Virus record (IMG/VR): IMGVR_UViG_3300035007_000011
Span: 1 to 55,543 of that record
Reading direction: 5' to 3' (one strand)
From: a virus
Taxonomy: Duplodnaviria > Caudoviricetes
Length of the DNA: 55,543 nt
Below, in pieces: positions 37,002-46,189 of this stretch; positions within the stretch are counted from its first letter, which is position 1, and every line of letters starts with the position of its first letter. The position numbers and the translations under genes were made by a program. The notes under the pieces were generated by a model, which was given only the letters and a program-made list of their open reading frames with translations, did no database searches and had not been told where the DNA came from.

Positions 37002-37185
37002 AACGTCACCATGCTATAAGAGTTAGAATCAGCATGGCGCTCACACGCCCTTTTATGATGGCAAATGCTTTTGAATAAGGCATCGTGGCTGTTACTGAAA
37101 GCAAAAGCTCAGGATTGCCTGAGCTTTTGGTATTAATATTGACGAAATATAAAGAAATTAAAAAGGCTTATTACTAACTTGATAC

Positions 37186-38079
37186 TTACTCCACAATCCC
37201 ACTCGCTGTCATCGTAGTAGATCCGCTTGCTACTTGTGCTTGGATTCTGACTGATTCCATCCCTTCGCAGCGCATTCTGAACCAGCCATTGCCACCCGCA
37301 GGAATGGTAATAATAGTCCCGCTACTCACGCCACTGTTGATAATTTCAGCGCTGCCATTGTTAGCGGTTTTACCGTTACTGGTTGTAAAGTCGGCGGTAG
37401 TAGATGCAACTGCATTCCAAATAGTCAAAGCGCTATTAAACCGTGCTTGCACTTGTAAACCTGAAAGTGCAGTAGCACCAGTATTCTGTAGTTGTACACC
37501 CAAAGTATTTTTACCCCGACAATCAAAGGTGATTACGGTCGTGAGTATGGTAGTAATGGTTACAGCACTAGCTGTTTGTGCTTCTAAAAAAAAGGTTTCT
37601 GCTACACTACGCACCATAGCCATCAAAGAACCGGAACGCGCCGCAGTGTCTCCAGTAATGCCCAGTGATCGCAACTTGGCGTGAATTGACCCCGTACTAG
37701 ATGCGGTATCAGAAGTTGTACCAAGCCCTTCAGCCAAAGCACGTAGCCGTGCCATGAGCGTACCCGTAACTGACAAGGCATCGGAAGTTGCACCGATTGT
37801 GTCGGCAATTAGCAGCCGCAATTTGGCATGAATCGAGCCTGTAGCAGAGGAAGCGTCCGTTGCATCCCCTAACAGGTTTTGCCAAAGACCGCGAATTATT
37901 GAAGCAATTGTGCCGTTATCGCTAGGGCTATTTATAGGTGAATTGTTGGTTTCACCCAGGCGGTCATAAGTTCCTTGGTCAGCAAAACTAAAAACATCGG
38001 GGTCGCCAGTTGTCCCATCTCCAGAGGCGGATTTGCGCTGGCGTAATGCACCGGAACCATCAATATAAGAAACACTCAT
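37186..38079 (-). CDS. Tail fibre-like protein with tandem repeats
   Basis: About 4 repeats of the type G.T.D.....GS/T..A.LR; directly after gpJ. Confidence 0.6.
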   Translation of the reverse strand: MSVSYIDGSGALRQRKSASGDGTTGDPDVFSFADQGTYDRLGETNNSPINSPSDNGTIASIIRGLWQNLLGDATDASSATGSIHAKLRLLIADTIGATSDALSVTGTLMARLRALAEGLGTTSDTASSTGSIHAKLRSLGITGDTAARSGSLMAMVRSVAETFFLEAQTASAVTITTILTTVITFDCRGKNTLGVQLQNTGATALSGLQVQARFNSALTIWNAVASTTADFTTSNGKTANNGSAEIINSGVSSGTIITIPAGGNGWFRMRCEGMESVRIQAQVASGSTTMTASGIVE

Positions 38080-40382
38080 TAAAATTCAGTCGCGAAAATA
38101 GAAGTTAATTGGTCAGTAAAGACAGCTGAATAATTAACGTCGCTGAAGGATATCGGATAAGATTCCACCCAGCGAGAAGATTTCCCGTTAATATCTAATG
38201 CTGCTACCCTCACATAGTATTTCCCAAATTGCAGTCCTTCAAATTGGGTGTTTGTATTATCAACAGTTCGCGTTTCCACCCAATCGCCATCATCACCATA
38301 TCTGTATTCAACAAAGTAACTGGTGATAAATGGGTCGCGTTGCCCATTATTTAACGGGTATTGCCAAGATGCATTTAATGTGTATATGAAAAAGTCTCCA
38401 CTATTAATTGCTCGGTAAGATAGCAATATATTTCTAGGAGCATTTACAACGAGAGGCACTCTATTAATTGTCGGGCGCGGTGTCAGTGACCAGCCTTGCT
38501 CAATTGAGTTGTATTTATCACTTCGATATTCTAAAGCGGTGATTTCGTGCAGCATCTCTCCACTTCCCGGTGCTGGTAAGCGGTTAAGGACGCGAAATAA
38601 TTGCGGCTGCACAGTAGTGCTGGCTAGTATCCAATTACTCTCGGCAGGTGGGGGGTCGCTACTGAAAGAATTTAAATTTAGGGTGGTATGAGAGCCTGGG
38701 GCATTTGTAACGGTACGCTCAGTTACCGTCCCATCGCCCATCATCACTGTCAGGGTATAGGTTTCGCCAGAATTTAGGACCACTGGATTATCTAAGGTTA
38801 CGCTGCCACGAGTAGATGAAGCGATTAACCCGCCGTAACGAATATCGGCGCGTTTTGCGTCAGAAATTCTGATAATGTCGCCCGGTTTTGTGTAGGCACC
38901 GTAGGCACGGACTCGGAAGGTTACAGTTTCTGTTTCTAAATGTTCTGTTAAAAGCGCCGCTAGTCCAGCGCGTCGCGCTTGCCCTCTGGAAGTGCAAGCA
39001 AAGGAAGACATTTCCAATTCCCGTACACCATATTTAGCAATGCCTTCAGGGTCTTCTACTGTTTCGATGGTTTGTTTATAGAAGTCGTCGGGGTCAACCC
39101 ATGTTACCAATGCAATGGTATGTCTGCTTTTTAGCCCGGTGCGGCTATAAGAAAACATGCCATTTTCGATATCAGCTTGGGTAAACTGCGCTACTGGGGA
39201 GCCTGGTTTATCAGCTGCAAAAGAAATTGCACCATTCATCCAGTAAGAAAAGCCACGAAAAATTGAGCGGATAGATTCGATAACTTTGTAAGCCTCTTCT
39301 TTCCCTTCAATTAGTACGTGGCATTGAAAACGGTGTTCTGTACCGCCTTCACCATTGGGAACATATTCGTTGCAGTACTGTGAAATTTCGTAAAGCGCCC
39401 ATTTATCGATTTGGGATTGGTTGATGTAACGTCCCAATCCGTAGCGAGAATTGGTAACGAGGTCATACAAAATCCAGGCGGGGTCAGCAACTGCTACAGA
39501 TGGGATGTAAAAAGTGCCGTCCCAAATGCCGTTGTATTGTAGTCCCCTTGTGGCTGTGGGTGTAGCGTTGGTAGGGATAGCGATTTTGCGCCCCGCAAGT
39601 TTGAGCGAGATTTGCGGAATTGATTCAAATTGTGCTACATCAAAACGGAAAGCAAATAGGGCGCTATTGGGATAACGCAATTTGGTTTCAGTAGCTTCAA
39701 TTAATGTGCGCCATGTCAATGCGCGTTGGTAGCGCGTGGTATCAGCGTCTTGAGGGGTAACACGCTCTACACGCACAGAAAAATCGTTAACTGTACCACC
39801 TAAGTTATTTACTGGAAAATTATATTCAAATTCTGTGAGTGTTGAGTAACGCCCTTTGATTGTTTGGTCAAGGCGCTGTACGAAAGCGCCTTGACCTTCT
39901 TTTACATAAATCCGAAATTGGATTTTTGACCCCAACACTCCACCTTTGGGAGGATATTCTTGTAATACGATAGCAATCCGAACACGGATAATATCAAGGT
40001 TAGCATTAATTATGGAGCGGGTGAGGGGAAACTGTTGCTTGATTTCTGCCCCAACATTGGTTTCTGACGAAATCTCATCAGAAAAACCCGCTAACCTATC
40101 TTGCCCTTGGGTTCCACTCCTCCAATCCCAAGTAAAAGATTGGAAGTTTTGACTACCATCGCTATTTTGTGTCGGTGTTTCGTCGAAGTAAATTGATTGT
40201 GTCCCATTAGCAAGTCCTTCGATTTCCCCTTCAGATACAATACCCAGCATCTGAGCAATTGAAGTACTGCGCCCGCTGTCTGCCTCTTCTTTGGGCTTTG
40301 ACTTCTTGCCTAGTATCCCCCCACTACCCGATAAGTTTAATACTTGCGCCCCTTTAGGGCGGCTTCGTTTTTTCTTGGGCAT
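38079..40382 (-). CDS. Central tail fibre / host specificity protein (lambda gpJ-like)
   Basis: SEGEIEGL, DPAWILYD..RYGLG, IDKWALY..YC, FACTSRGQARR, PGDIIRISD; C-terminal Fn3. Confidence 0.92.
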   Translation of the reverse strand: MPKKKRSRPKGAQVLNLSGSGGILGKKSKPKEEADSGRSTSIAQMLGIVSEGEIEGLANGTQSIYFDETPTQNSDGSQNFQSFTWDWRSGTQGQDRLAGFSDEISSETNVGAEIKQQFPLTRSIINANLDIIRVRIAIVLQEYPPKGGVLGSKIQFRIYVKEGQGAFVQRLDQTIKGRYSTLTEFEYNFPVNNLGGTVNDFSVRVERVTPQDADTTRYQRALTWRTLIEATETKLRYPNSALFAFRFDVAQFESIPQISLKLAGRKIAIPTNATPTATRGLQYNGIWDGTFYIPSVAVADPAWILYDLVTNSRYGLGRYINQSQIDKWALYEISQYCNEYVPNGEGGTEHRFQCHVLIEGKEEAYKVIESIRSIFRGFSYWMNGAISFAADKPGSPVAQFTQADIENGMFSYSRTGLKSRHTIALVTWVDPDDFYKQTIETVEDPEGIAKYGVRELEMSSFACTSRGQARRAGLAALLTEHLETETVTFRVRAYGAYTKPGDIIRISDAKRADIRYGGLIASSTRGSVTLDNPVVLNSGETYTLTVMMGDGTVTERTVTNAPGSHTTLNLNSFSSDPPPAESNWILASTTVQPQLFRVLNRLPAPGSGEMLHEITALEYRSDKYNSIEQGWSLTPRPTINRVPLVVNAPRNILLSYRAINSGDFFIYTLNASWQYPLNNGQRDPFITSYFVEYRYGDDGDWVETRTVDNTNTQFEGLQFGKYYVRVAALDINGKSSRWVESYPISFSDVNYSAVFTDQLTSIFATEF

Positions 40383-40384
40383 TG

Positions 40385-40948
40385 CTACTTAGTCAAATAC
40401 GTGACTATCTTTGCCGAAACCAAATACATCCCAACAACAACCACCCCATAAATTATTGGTACTCTCCCCCCTTCTTTGGTTGTAGTCGAAGGGTTGCCAA
40501 AACCGAGAGATTTTTTGCTTTCTTTGGCATCAGGCGAACTTTGACGACCAAATAAGGAAGATATTCCACCTAAAAGCATTGCACCACCAGTAAGGATAAG
40601 GGTTGTGGCAGAAATGCCCAAAAATCCCACTCCCGTCAGTCCTAGCCCGATTAATGCCACACCTCCAATAATCCGCCCGACTGTCCCCGCACCAGCAATA
40701 ACGGGAATAATACGAATTGACCGCACCTGCGGAGATATCGGACTACAAAGTTGGGTATCATCTATTTCTTGATACCCTACTTTTATTTGATAGTTCACAC
40801 CCCGGTGTGCAGCTTCGTATAAATAAGTTGCAAATCTTGGGAAGTTTGCACGTAATGAGGCAACTGCTTCGGCAACACTATTAACATCGACTGTAATTGT
40901 ATCTATAAATATATCAGCGAGTTCACCGCACAAAGTAACAGTAATCAT
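40385..40948 (-). CDS. Tail assembly protein (lambda gpI-like)
   Basis: IRIIPVIAGAG and EGGRVPIIYG motifs; start reassigned to ATG 40948. Confidence 0.88.
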   Translation of the reverse strand: MITVTLCGELADIFIDTITVDVNSVAEAVASLRANFPRFATYLYEAAHRGVNYQIKVGYQEIDDTQLCSPISPQVRSIRIIPVIAGAGTVGRIIGGVALIGLGLTGVGFLGISATTLILTGGAMLLGGISSLFGRQSSPDAKESKKSLGFGNPSTTTKEGGRVPIIYGVVVVGMYLVSAKIVTYLTK

Positions 40949-40954
40949 TTTGAA

Positions 40955-41056
40955 TGAAGGAAGAAGGAAGACGGAAGAGGGAAGAAGGTTGAGGATCATA
41001 GGGAAGATTTAAAATAAATTCAACCTTCTTCCTACTTCCTCCGAACTTCTTCCTTC
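40955..41056. repeat. Inverted heptamer arrays, copy 3, between divergent tail genes
   Basis: (gaaggaa-like)n gaaggttga ... tcaaccttc (ttcctac/ttccttc)n. Confidence 0.85.
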
Positions 41057-41059
41057 GCT

Positions 41060-41707
41060 ATGAGCTACCCTATACTTCCCTTAACACCGACATGGGGCAA
41101 TCCAGAACAAGAACAGGCTGATGTTGCTAAAACCAAATATGGCAAGGCTGGTGTTGAACAGCGCGATTTTATTGGGATTAATCCCCTTTCTACAAGTTGG
41201 GATATCAGCGTTAATATTCGCAACTTTCAAGAAGTTGATGATTTTTTGCTTTCGCGTCGTGGACAACCATTTCGCCTAAGTTTGGATGGAGGAATTACCG
41301 ACGATGGAAAGTTCTACATTTGTACGGAGTGGCAAATACAGCAATTAGGGATAGGAGCAGGAAGCTTCAATGCCAAGATTAATCAGGTGCGAAGATTACA
41401 ACCATTGCCTTTCGCGGGGGAGGGAAGTCCAGGTGTAGCGTACAGAATAATGTATAAATTTGAGATTACCGGGGACGGGGGACCTTATACCTTCTTTGAT
41501 AATCAAATCATTGATCTATGGGGTGTCATTGGTGAATTCCAGACAATACGGAATCAAGGAACCATTAATCTATTTTTAGAATGTCAAGGCGATCTTTATA
41601 ATCCTTATACACCATCTCCTGTGTTAGTTGCTTTAACAGGGTATTCAGGGTTTACTCCTGAATCGGATATTAGGAATATTAGCATTATTTCTATTAATCC
41701 ACTATGA
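41060..41707 (+). CDS. Minor tail protein, gpM-like with C-terminal extension
   Basis: KYGKAGVEQR..GINP..W..VDDFL..R.GQPF..YIC.EW. Confidence 0.75.
   Translation: MSYPILPLTPTWGNPEQEQADVAKTKYGKAGVEQRDFIGINPLSTSWDISVNIRNFQEVDDFLLSRRGQPFRLSLDGGITDDGKFYICTEWQIQQLGIGAGSFNAKINQVRRLQPLPFAGEGSPGVAYRIMYKFEITGDGGPYTFFDNQIIDLWGVIGEFQTIRNQGTINLFLECQGDLYNPYTPSPVLVALTGYSGFTPESDIRNISIISINPL
41071..41080 (-). promoter_or_regulatory. GGGAAnnnTA motif for the gpI-gpJ-fibre-lysis unit
   Basis: GGGAAGTATA on the minus strand. Confidence 0.5.
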
Positions 41708-41743
41708 AGTTCGTAGGAAGAAGGAAGAGGGAAGAAGGATGAG
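41706..41743. repeat. Heptamer array, left flank of four-helix-bundle gene
   Basis: GAAGTTCGTAGGAAgaaggaagagggaagaaggatgag. Confidence 0.85.
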
Positions 41744-42097
41744 TTAGTTGCTTTGTAACTTTTGAAGAGTAGATACCATAATACGCTGTAAGTCATCTAC
41801 TTCTTTCAAAACAGCAGTAAACAAATCAGGATTAGCTAACCCTACTTCTTTGGCAATAATTAATTGTGTGTCTAGTTCCCTTAAACTGCCTAACGCAATT
41901 TGCAGAAACCTTATATATTCTGCTTTATGTACCCTTCCGTAGCCCTCGGCTATATTTGAAGGGACAGAAACCGCAGAACGCCTGATTTGACTAGTTAAAC
42001 CATATATCTCAGAGCTAGGGAAATGCTTAGTTATTTCATAACAAGAGATGGAAAGCTGAATACCGCGCTTCCAAATAAACTGTTCTCTGTGACTCAT
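41744..42097 (-). CDS. Four-helix-bundle protein (23S-IVP / bAvd-like family)
   Basis: FPSSEIYGLTSQIRRSAVSVPSNIAEGYGR..FLQIALGSLRELDTQL. Confidence 0.93.
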   Translation of the reverse strand: MSHREQFIWKRGIQLSISCYEITKHFPSSEIYGLTSQIRRSAVSVPSNIAEGYGRVHKAEYIRFLQIALGSLRELDTQLIIAKEVGLANPDLFTAVLKEVDDLQRIMVSTLQKLQSN

Positions 42098-42104
42098 GAT
42101 GTTT

Positions 42105-42176
42105 GAAGGAAGAAGTTAGAAGTAGTTCTAATTTTATCATCCTTCTTCCTCCTTCCTTCTTCCCTCTTCCTTCCTT
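42105..42176. repeat. Heptamer array, right flank of four-helix-bundle gene (inverted relative to left flank)
   Basis: catccttcttcctccttccttcttccctcttccttcctt immediately before the gpL ATG. Confidence 0.85.
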
Positions 42177-42848
42177 ATGATTAGTAATTTAATATCACTC
42201 AATCCAGATTCACCAATTGAATTATTTGAAATATCGGGGTGGAATTTAATTACGCCGTCAGAAAGTTTATATATTTGTAACTTTACAGGTGTAGCTTTTG
42301 AAGGCACAGAATATTCAGCGATTGGGTGTGAAAGCGAAGGATTTGATTTAATTGGTCAAGGTTCGATTCCGACACCACAATTAACTGTGTCCAATATTGG
42401 GCGGGTGATTAGCGATTTACTTTTTATCTGCAAAACTAATCCGAATTATCGGCTTGAAGGGTCAAAGGTATTACGCCGTGTCACCCAAAGGCAATTTTTA
42501 GATGGGCAAGAAAACGTCAATGCGGCGATTAAAGAACTTCCCCGACAAGAATATATTATTGAGCAGATGCAGGAAGAAACGTATTTAGCCGTGAAATTTC
42601 GTTTGGGAAGTCCGTTTGACGTGGAGGGTGTCACACTTCCAGCGCGTCCACTGTTACGATCTTGTTCTTGGAGGTATCGCAGTGCTGAGTGTGGGTGGAC
42701 GGGGGGAATGCTTACTTTAAATAATCAGTCAACTACCAATTCCGCGCTAGACCAATGTGCAAAATCACTCCCGGCTTGTGAATGCAGGTTTGGTCAGTAC
42801 ACAGATTTACCTTTTGGTGGTGCGCCTGGACTCAACACTTATCGATAA
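42177..42848 (+). CDS. Minor tail protein L
   Basis: [29 protein letters not shown]...C..RFG..LPFGG (Fe-S Cys motif). Confidence 0.92.
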   Translation: MISNLISLNPDSPIELFEISGWNLITPSESLYICNFTGVAFEGTEYSAIGCESEGFDLIGQGSIPTPQLTVSNIGRVISDLLFICKTNPNYRLEGSKVLRRVTQRQFLDGQENVNAAIKELPRQEYIIEQMQEETYLAVKFRLGSPFDVEGVTLPARPLLRSCSWRYRSAECGWTGGMLTLNNQSTTNSALDQCAKSLPACECRFGQYTDLPFGGAPGLNTYR

Positions 42849-42876
42849 AAAGCAATCGCATAGAAGGAAGCTAATT

Positions 42877-43071
42877 ATGAAGTTCCGTAAAAAGCCTGTA
42901 ATTATTGAAGCTGTACAAATCGACAACCGAATGACTGTTGAAACCCTTGAAGGGACAATGACCGGCAATCCCGGAGATTGGTTAATTACAGGCATCAAAG
43001 GGGAGCTATATTTTTGCAAAGACGATATTTTCCAGCTAACCTATGAACCTGTTAATACTCAAGAGGCTTAA
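42877..43071 (+). CDS. Conserved small phage protein (PGDYG-like)
   Basis: [18 protein letters not shown]...[21 protein letters not shown]. Confidence 0.8.
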   Translation: MKFRKKPVIIEAVQIDNRMTVETLEGTMTGNPGDWLITGIKGELYFCKDDIFQLTYEPVNTQEA

Positions 43072-43086
43072 TGTCCGGCTACCAAA

Positions 43087-43431
43087 ATGCCAATAGCAAT
43101 TCTAGAACTACCACCCACTTGGGATGCAACTAAAAAGGTTGCAGTGCCAGCTGCGATAACCAAACTAGGCGACAGTTACGGGCAAGTTGTGGTGGAAGGA
43201 ATAAAAGGAGCAACCCACGAATGGGATGTGAAATCGCCGGCATTACTCCCTGAAGAGGCACAAGATAAATTAAGTCAATTGCGAGTGTTCTCTGGTGTGA
43301 CTCCATTTTTGTGGAGTCCCGATAACGAATTGACCATACTGAGAAAAATCTACACCTGTGAAGGTTGGACACTGACCAGGGTGGGAATAACCGCTCATCA
43401 AATTAGCGCGACATTCAAGGAAGTTCCTTGA
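43087..43431 (+). CDS. Minor tail protein M
   Basis: LGDSYGQ...EGI, GVTPFLWSP, YTCEGW and ISATFKEV motifs. Confidence 0.85.
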   Translation: MPIAILELPPTWDATKKVAVPAAITKLGDSYGQVVVEGIKGATHEWDVKSPALLPEEAQDKLSQLRVFSGVTPFLWSPDNELTILRKIYTCEGWTLTRVGITAHQISATFKEVP

Positions 43432-43453
43432 CTTGCATGATTGTTGAATTCGG

Positions 43454-43475
43454 GTTAAGACCAATTGGTCTTAAC
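43454..43475. promoter_or_regulatory. Perfect 22-bp palindrome, copy 2
   Basis: GTTAAGACCAATTGGTCTTAAC. Confidence 0.55.
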
Positions 43476-43506
43476 ATTTGTACACATTTCTCGTGTTTGG
43501 ATTAAC

Positions 43507-43516
43507 GGGAACAATA
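43507..43516 (+). promoter_or_regulatory. GGGAAnnnTA motif (tail tube unit)
   Basis: GGGAACAATA. Confidence 0.6.
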
Positions 43517-43548
43517 CCAAAAAGTTCTATTGGTTGAGTAACTTCTCG

Positions 43549-43582
43549 TCCTTCTTCCTACTTCCTACTTCCTACGAACTTC
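43549..43582. repeat. Heptamer array in tail-tube leader
   Basis: ccttc(ttcctac)x2 TTCCTACGAACTTC, 6 nt before the ATG. Confidence 0.8.
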
Positions 43583-43588
43583 ATAAAT

Positions 43589-44302
43589 ATGCCACAGACC
43601 ATTAACCGCGCCAGTGTAGTAGAAACTACCCTTGGTATCACCTTTCAAATAGGCGAACTGCCTACACAACAAGTAGGAGCAGTAATTGTAACCAACCGCA
43701 ACGTACTCAGTTACACAATTACCGCATCAGCTGCGGCTCTTGCCACTGCTGAGTCGCTTTCTGTGCAAGCGACACCCGTACTTTTGGATGCCGGAACATT
43801 GCTTAATTTCGGGGGTGTGGTTGCCACGCTTTCAAATGCCGCCGCTGCCGGCAGTACTGCATTGCAATTACTGCCATTGCCGGGAAGCATTGGTAATGGT
43901 GCAACTGCTACTACCAAAGCACTGGTTTTTGTTTCTGGATGCACGGATGCCACGGTTAGCCCAGAAATCAAAAATGTTGACACCACTAACTACCTTTCTG
44001 GATTGGGGATGGAGAAGGTGACAACGGGTAATTCCAAAAAAATGCAGTTGAACTTTAACTTAATTTATGGCGATCGCGGAGGTAACATCCTCAGAAAAAT
44101 TGCTTACGATAAAACTTATGCAGGGCGTGAATTCTACTTCTACTTGCTTTTTCCTAGTGGTGAAGCGCACGAAGGAATAGCCTTATTGGAATCAGCATCT
44201 CCCACGCAGCAAGTGCAAGATAAGCGCGCATTTTCCTGTAATGCCCAAGTACAAGGCGATACCTATATTTACACACCACCGGCATCCGTTAACATCTTCT
44301 AA
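43589..44302 (+). CDS. Major tail tube protein
   Basis: 237 aa with VDTTNY..G..K motif; upstream of chaperones and TMP. Confidence 0.7.
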   Translation: MPQTINRASVVETTLGITFQIGELPTQQVGAVIVTNRNVLSYTITASAAALATAESLSVQATPVLLDAGTLLNFGGVVATLSNAAAAGSTALQLLPLPGSIGNGATATTKALVFVSGCTDATVSPEIKNVDTTNYLSGLGMEKVTTGNSKKMQLNFNLIYGDRGGNILRKIAYDKTYAGREFYFYLLFPSGEAHEGIALLESASPTQQVQDKRAFSCNAQVQGDTYIYTPPASVNIF

Positions 44303-44304
44303 TT

Positions 44305-44889
44305 ATGGCAATCACACTTGAACTTACGCGCCCTAAATCTGTTACAACTAATGCCCAAAACACTGTGGTATCAATTGGGACTATTGTAGAAACGGATGCA
44401 TCGGAAGAAAGCTTTTTCATCCCCATAACCAGCGCTTCAACCGATCCACCTTCTTTCACTGTTGCCAACTCCACCACAATTAGTGGCAACACAAGCGTGA
44501 CAACCACCAATAATGGTTTCCAAAATGTCAAAATCGGTGATGTGGTAACGGGTACTGGTATTGCGGCTAGTTCCACGGTAACGGCTAAGGTAAACAATAA
44601 TACGATTACGCTCAATAACAATGCCACCGCATCAGGTACGGTGACGCTAACTTTTGACCCACCCGCTGCCATACCGACACTGTACGCGCTGAAAGTCACT
44701 CATACTAAGGCGGGTTCTGTTTTTGGGATAAACGTATCTCTTTATACTTATGATGGGACGCTAGGGGGGGTAGCGGGAACGGCGGCGAATGCGAGCAAGA
44801 CTATTAATTTAGTATCAACTGACGGACAGCCTATACAAATTAATATGGATTCTTTCTTAACTAACTTGCGTGTTCCCCAGTCGCCGTAA
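44305..44889 (+). CDS. Tail-associated protein (beta-rich decoration)
   Basis: T/S/N-rich; IGDVVTGTGI..TV..ITL..NATASG. Confidence 0.55.
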   Translation: MAITLELTRPKSVTTNAQNTVVSIGTIVETDASEESFFIPITSASTDPPSFTVANSTTISGNTSVTTTNNGFQNVKIGDVVTGTGIAASSTVTAKVNNNTITLNNNATASGTVTLTFDPPAAIPTLYALKVTHTKAGSVFGINVSLYTYDGTLGGVAGTAANASKTINLVSTDGQPIQINMDSFLTNLRVPQSP

Positions 44890-45151
44890 ATTGAAGCACA
44901 ATTATTTGCATTCAAATGGGCATACCGTAGCCCTTATTAATTGCAAACTGCACTCCGAGTATTTGACTTGTGGTGCAGCTTATTTTGTAGCAGGATTGCC
45001 GGAACGTATGCTTTTATACAGTTTAGATGGCAATAAAATCTGTTTGATTGTTATTCCTAAAAGTGTTAGAAATAATCCTACATATACCCGTTTACTTTCA
45101 CCACTAGACGATATCAAATATTATTATGCAGAACCCTTGGGGAGTGCCTGA
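44870..45151 (+). CDS. Hypothetical tail-region protein
   Basis: Fills the gap between tail genes; start uncertain. Confidence 0.45.
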   Translation: MFPSRRKLKHNYLHSNGHTVALINCKLHSEYLTCGAAYFVAGLPERMLLYSLDGNKICLIVIPKSVRNNPTYTRLLSPLDDIKYYYAEPLGSA

Positions 45152-45908
45152 AGTTGTTGATGTAGCTGGATTTCCACTGCCGAAGATGGGCGGTTTGAAT
45201 CCAGAAGAAAAAGATTATATGGCTAATAAAATTCGGAATGTGCAGTTTCAAGAAATTGCACCTTTGGCTGAAATTGCGGATTTAGTTGTCGAGAAAGAAA
45301 AGATTTCCAAGATTGAGGCTATCTCGTTAATTCGCAAAACTCTTGAAGGTAATGCGGGTAAAAGTGAAGAGGAAATTGATAGATTACTAGCATTCGCCAT
45401 TGAATACCAACACGAGCTAGGGCGGATTAAAAAGCCTGATATGATGGTAGAGAGGCAGTCGCAAGAAGTCGCGGTCATGATACTGCGATCGCGGCTAAAA
45501 CCTGAGTGGATTTTAGAAAATATTGAAAATCTCCGAGCTTCTTTTCGGTGTTCACTTGATAAAGAACAGTGCGCTTTACTTATGGCAACACCTGAAGAGA
45601 ATTGGTTGAGTGATGCCACGCGGGAGAAAGTTATTAGGCAGATTGTGCGGAAGTTACCCGAAAATATCTATGCACAAATTGCCACATTTGCATTAGGGGA
45701 AGAGAAGGAATGGGTAGAACTTCCAATCATCACTTTTGAATCGGAGGATGTAACGCTGGGGGAGCGCTCCAAAGGCTTCGAGAATATCAAGAAGTCGTCG
45801 AAAAAGAACGCGAATTCTACAGAGAAGCCTACTACACCATCCAATATTTCGGAGTCACAGACCCTAGATTCCACGCCCGAAGTTTCCACCGTGTCAGCTG
45901 TTGGGTGA
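45126..45908 (+). CDS. Tail assembly chaperone (gpG-like)
   Basis: Position before TMP; slippery G GGG GAG at 45758-45764. Confidence 0.7.
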   Translation: MQNPWGVPEVVDVAGFPLPKMGGLNPEEKDYMANKIRNVQFQEIAPLAEIADLVVEKEKISKIEAISLIRKTLEGNAGKSEEEIDRLLAFAIEYQHELGRIKKPDMMVERQSQEVAVMILRSRLKPEWILENIENLRASFRCSLDKEQCALLMATPEENWLSDATREKVIRQIVRKLPENIYAQIATFALGEEKEWVELPIITFESEDVTLGERSKGFENIKKSSKKNANSTEKPTTPSNISESQTLDSTPEVSTVSAVG

Positions 45909-46189
45909 TTCGCGAGATGGTTAACAGTTTGTACAAGCAATATAAGCTACATGCAAATGTAGTTACTTCCACTGTTGCGAAAATAGGCACGATGCTGGAT
46001 ATGTCAGGTAAGGCAACCATGCAAGAATTTCTACCGTTTCCTGACAGTACGCAAGAACGCAAGGCTTTACCAGTGTCAAAAGAGACGGCGCGGGTTTATC
46101 TGGAGTTGCGATCACAAGGGCTAATTCCCACGCGGGTATTAGGGGCGTTTGCGGATATTGATGTTGAGATGGAGAAAATAGCCTTCTAA
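45758..46189 (+). CDS. gpGT-like -1 frameshift extension
   Basis: The -1 frame is open from 45740 (after TGA at 45737) to 46189 and includes track ORF 45905-46189. Confidence 0.65.
   Translation, partial: GGALQRLREYQEVVEKEREFYREAYYTIQYFGVTDPRFHARSFHRVSCWVIREMVNSLYKQYKLHANVVTSTVAKIGTMLDMSGKATMQEFLPFPDSTQERKALPVSKETARVYLELRSQGLIPTRVLGAFADIDVEMEKIAF

Noticed and set aside
41744-42097. Diversity-generating retroelement (Avd-like gene near tail fibres)
   Set aside because: No reverse transcriptase and no TR/VR pair with adenine-specific mismatches were seen in the window; the protein fits the stand-alone four-helix-bundle family
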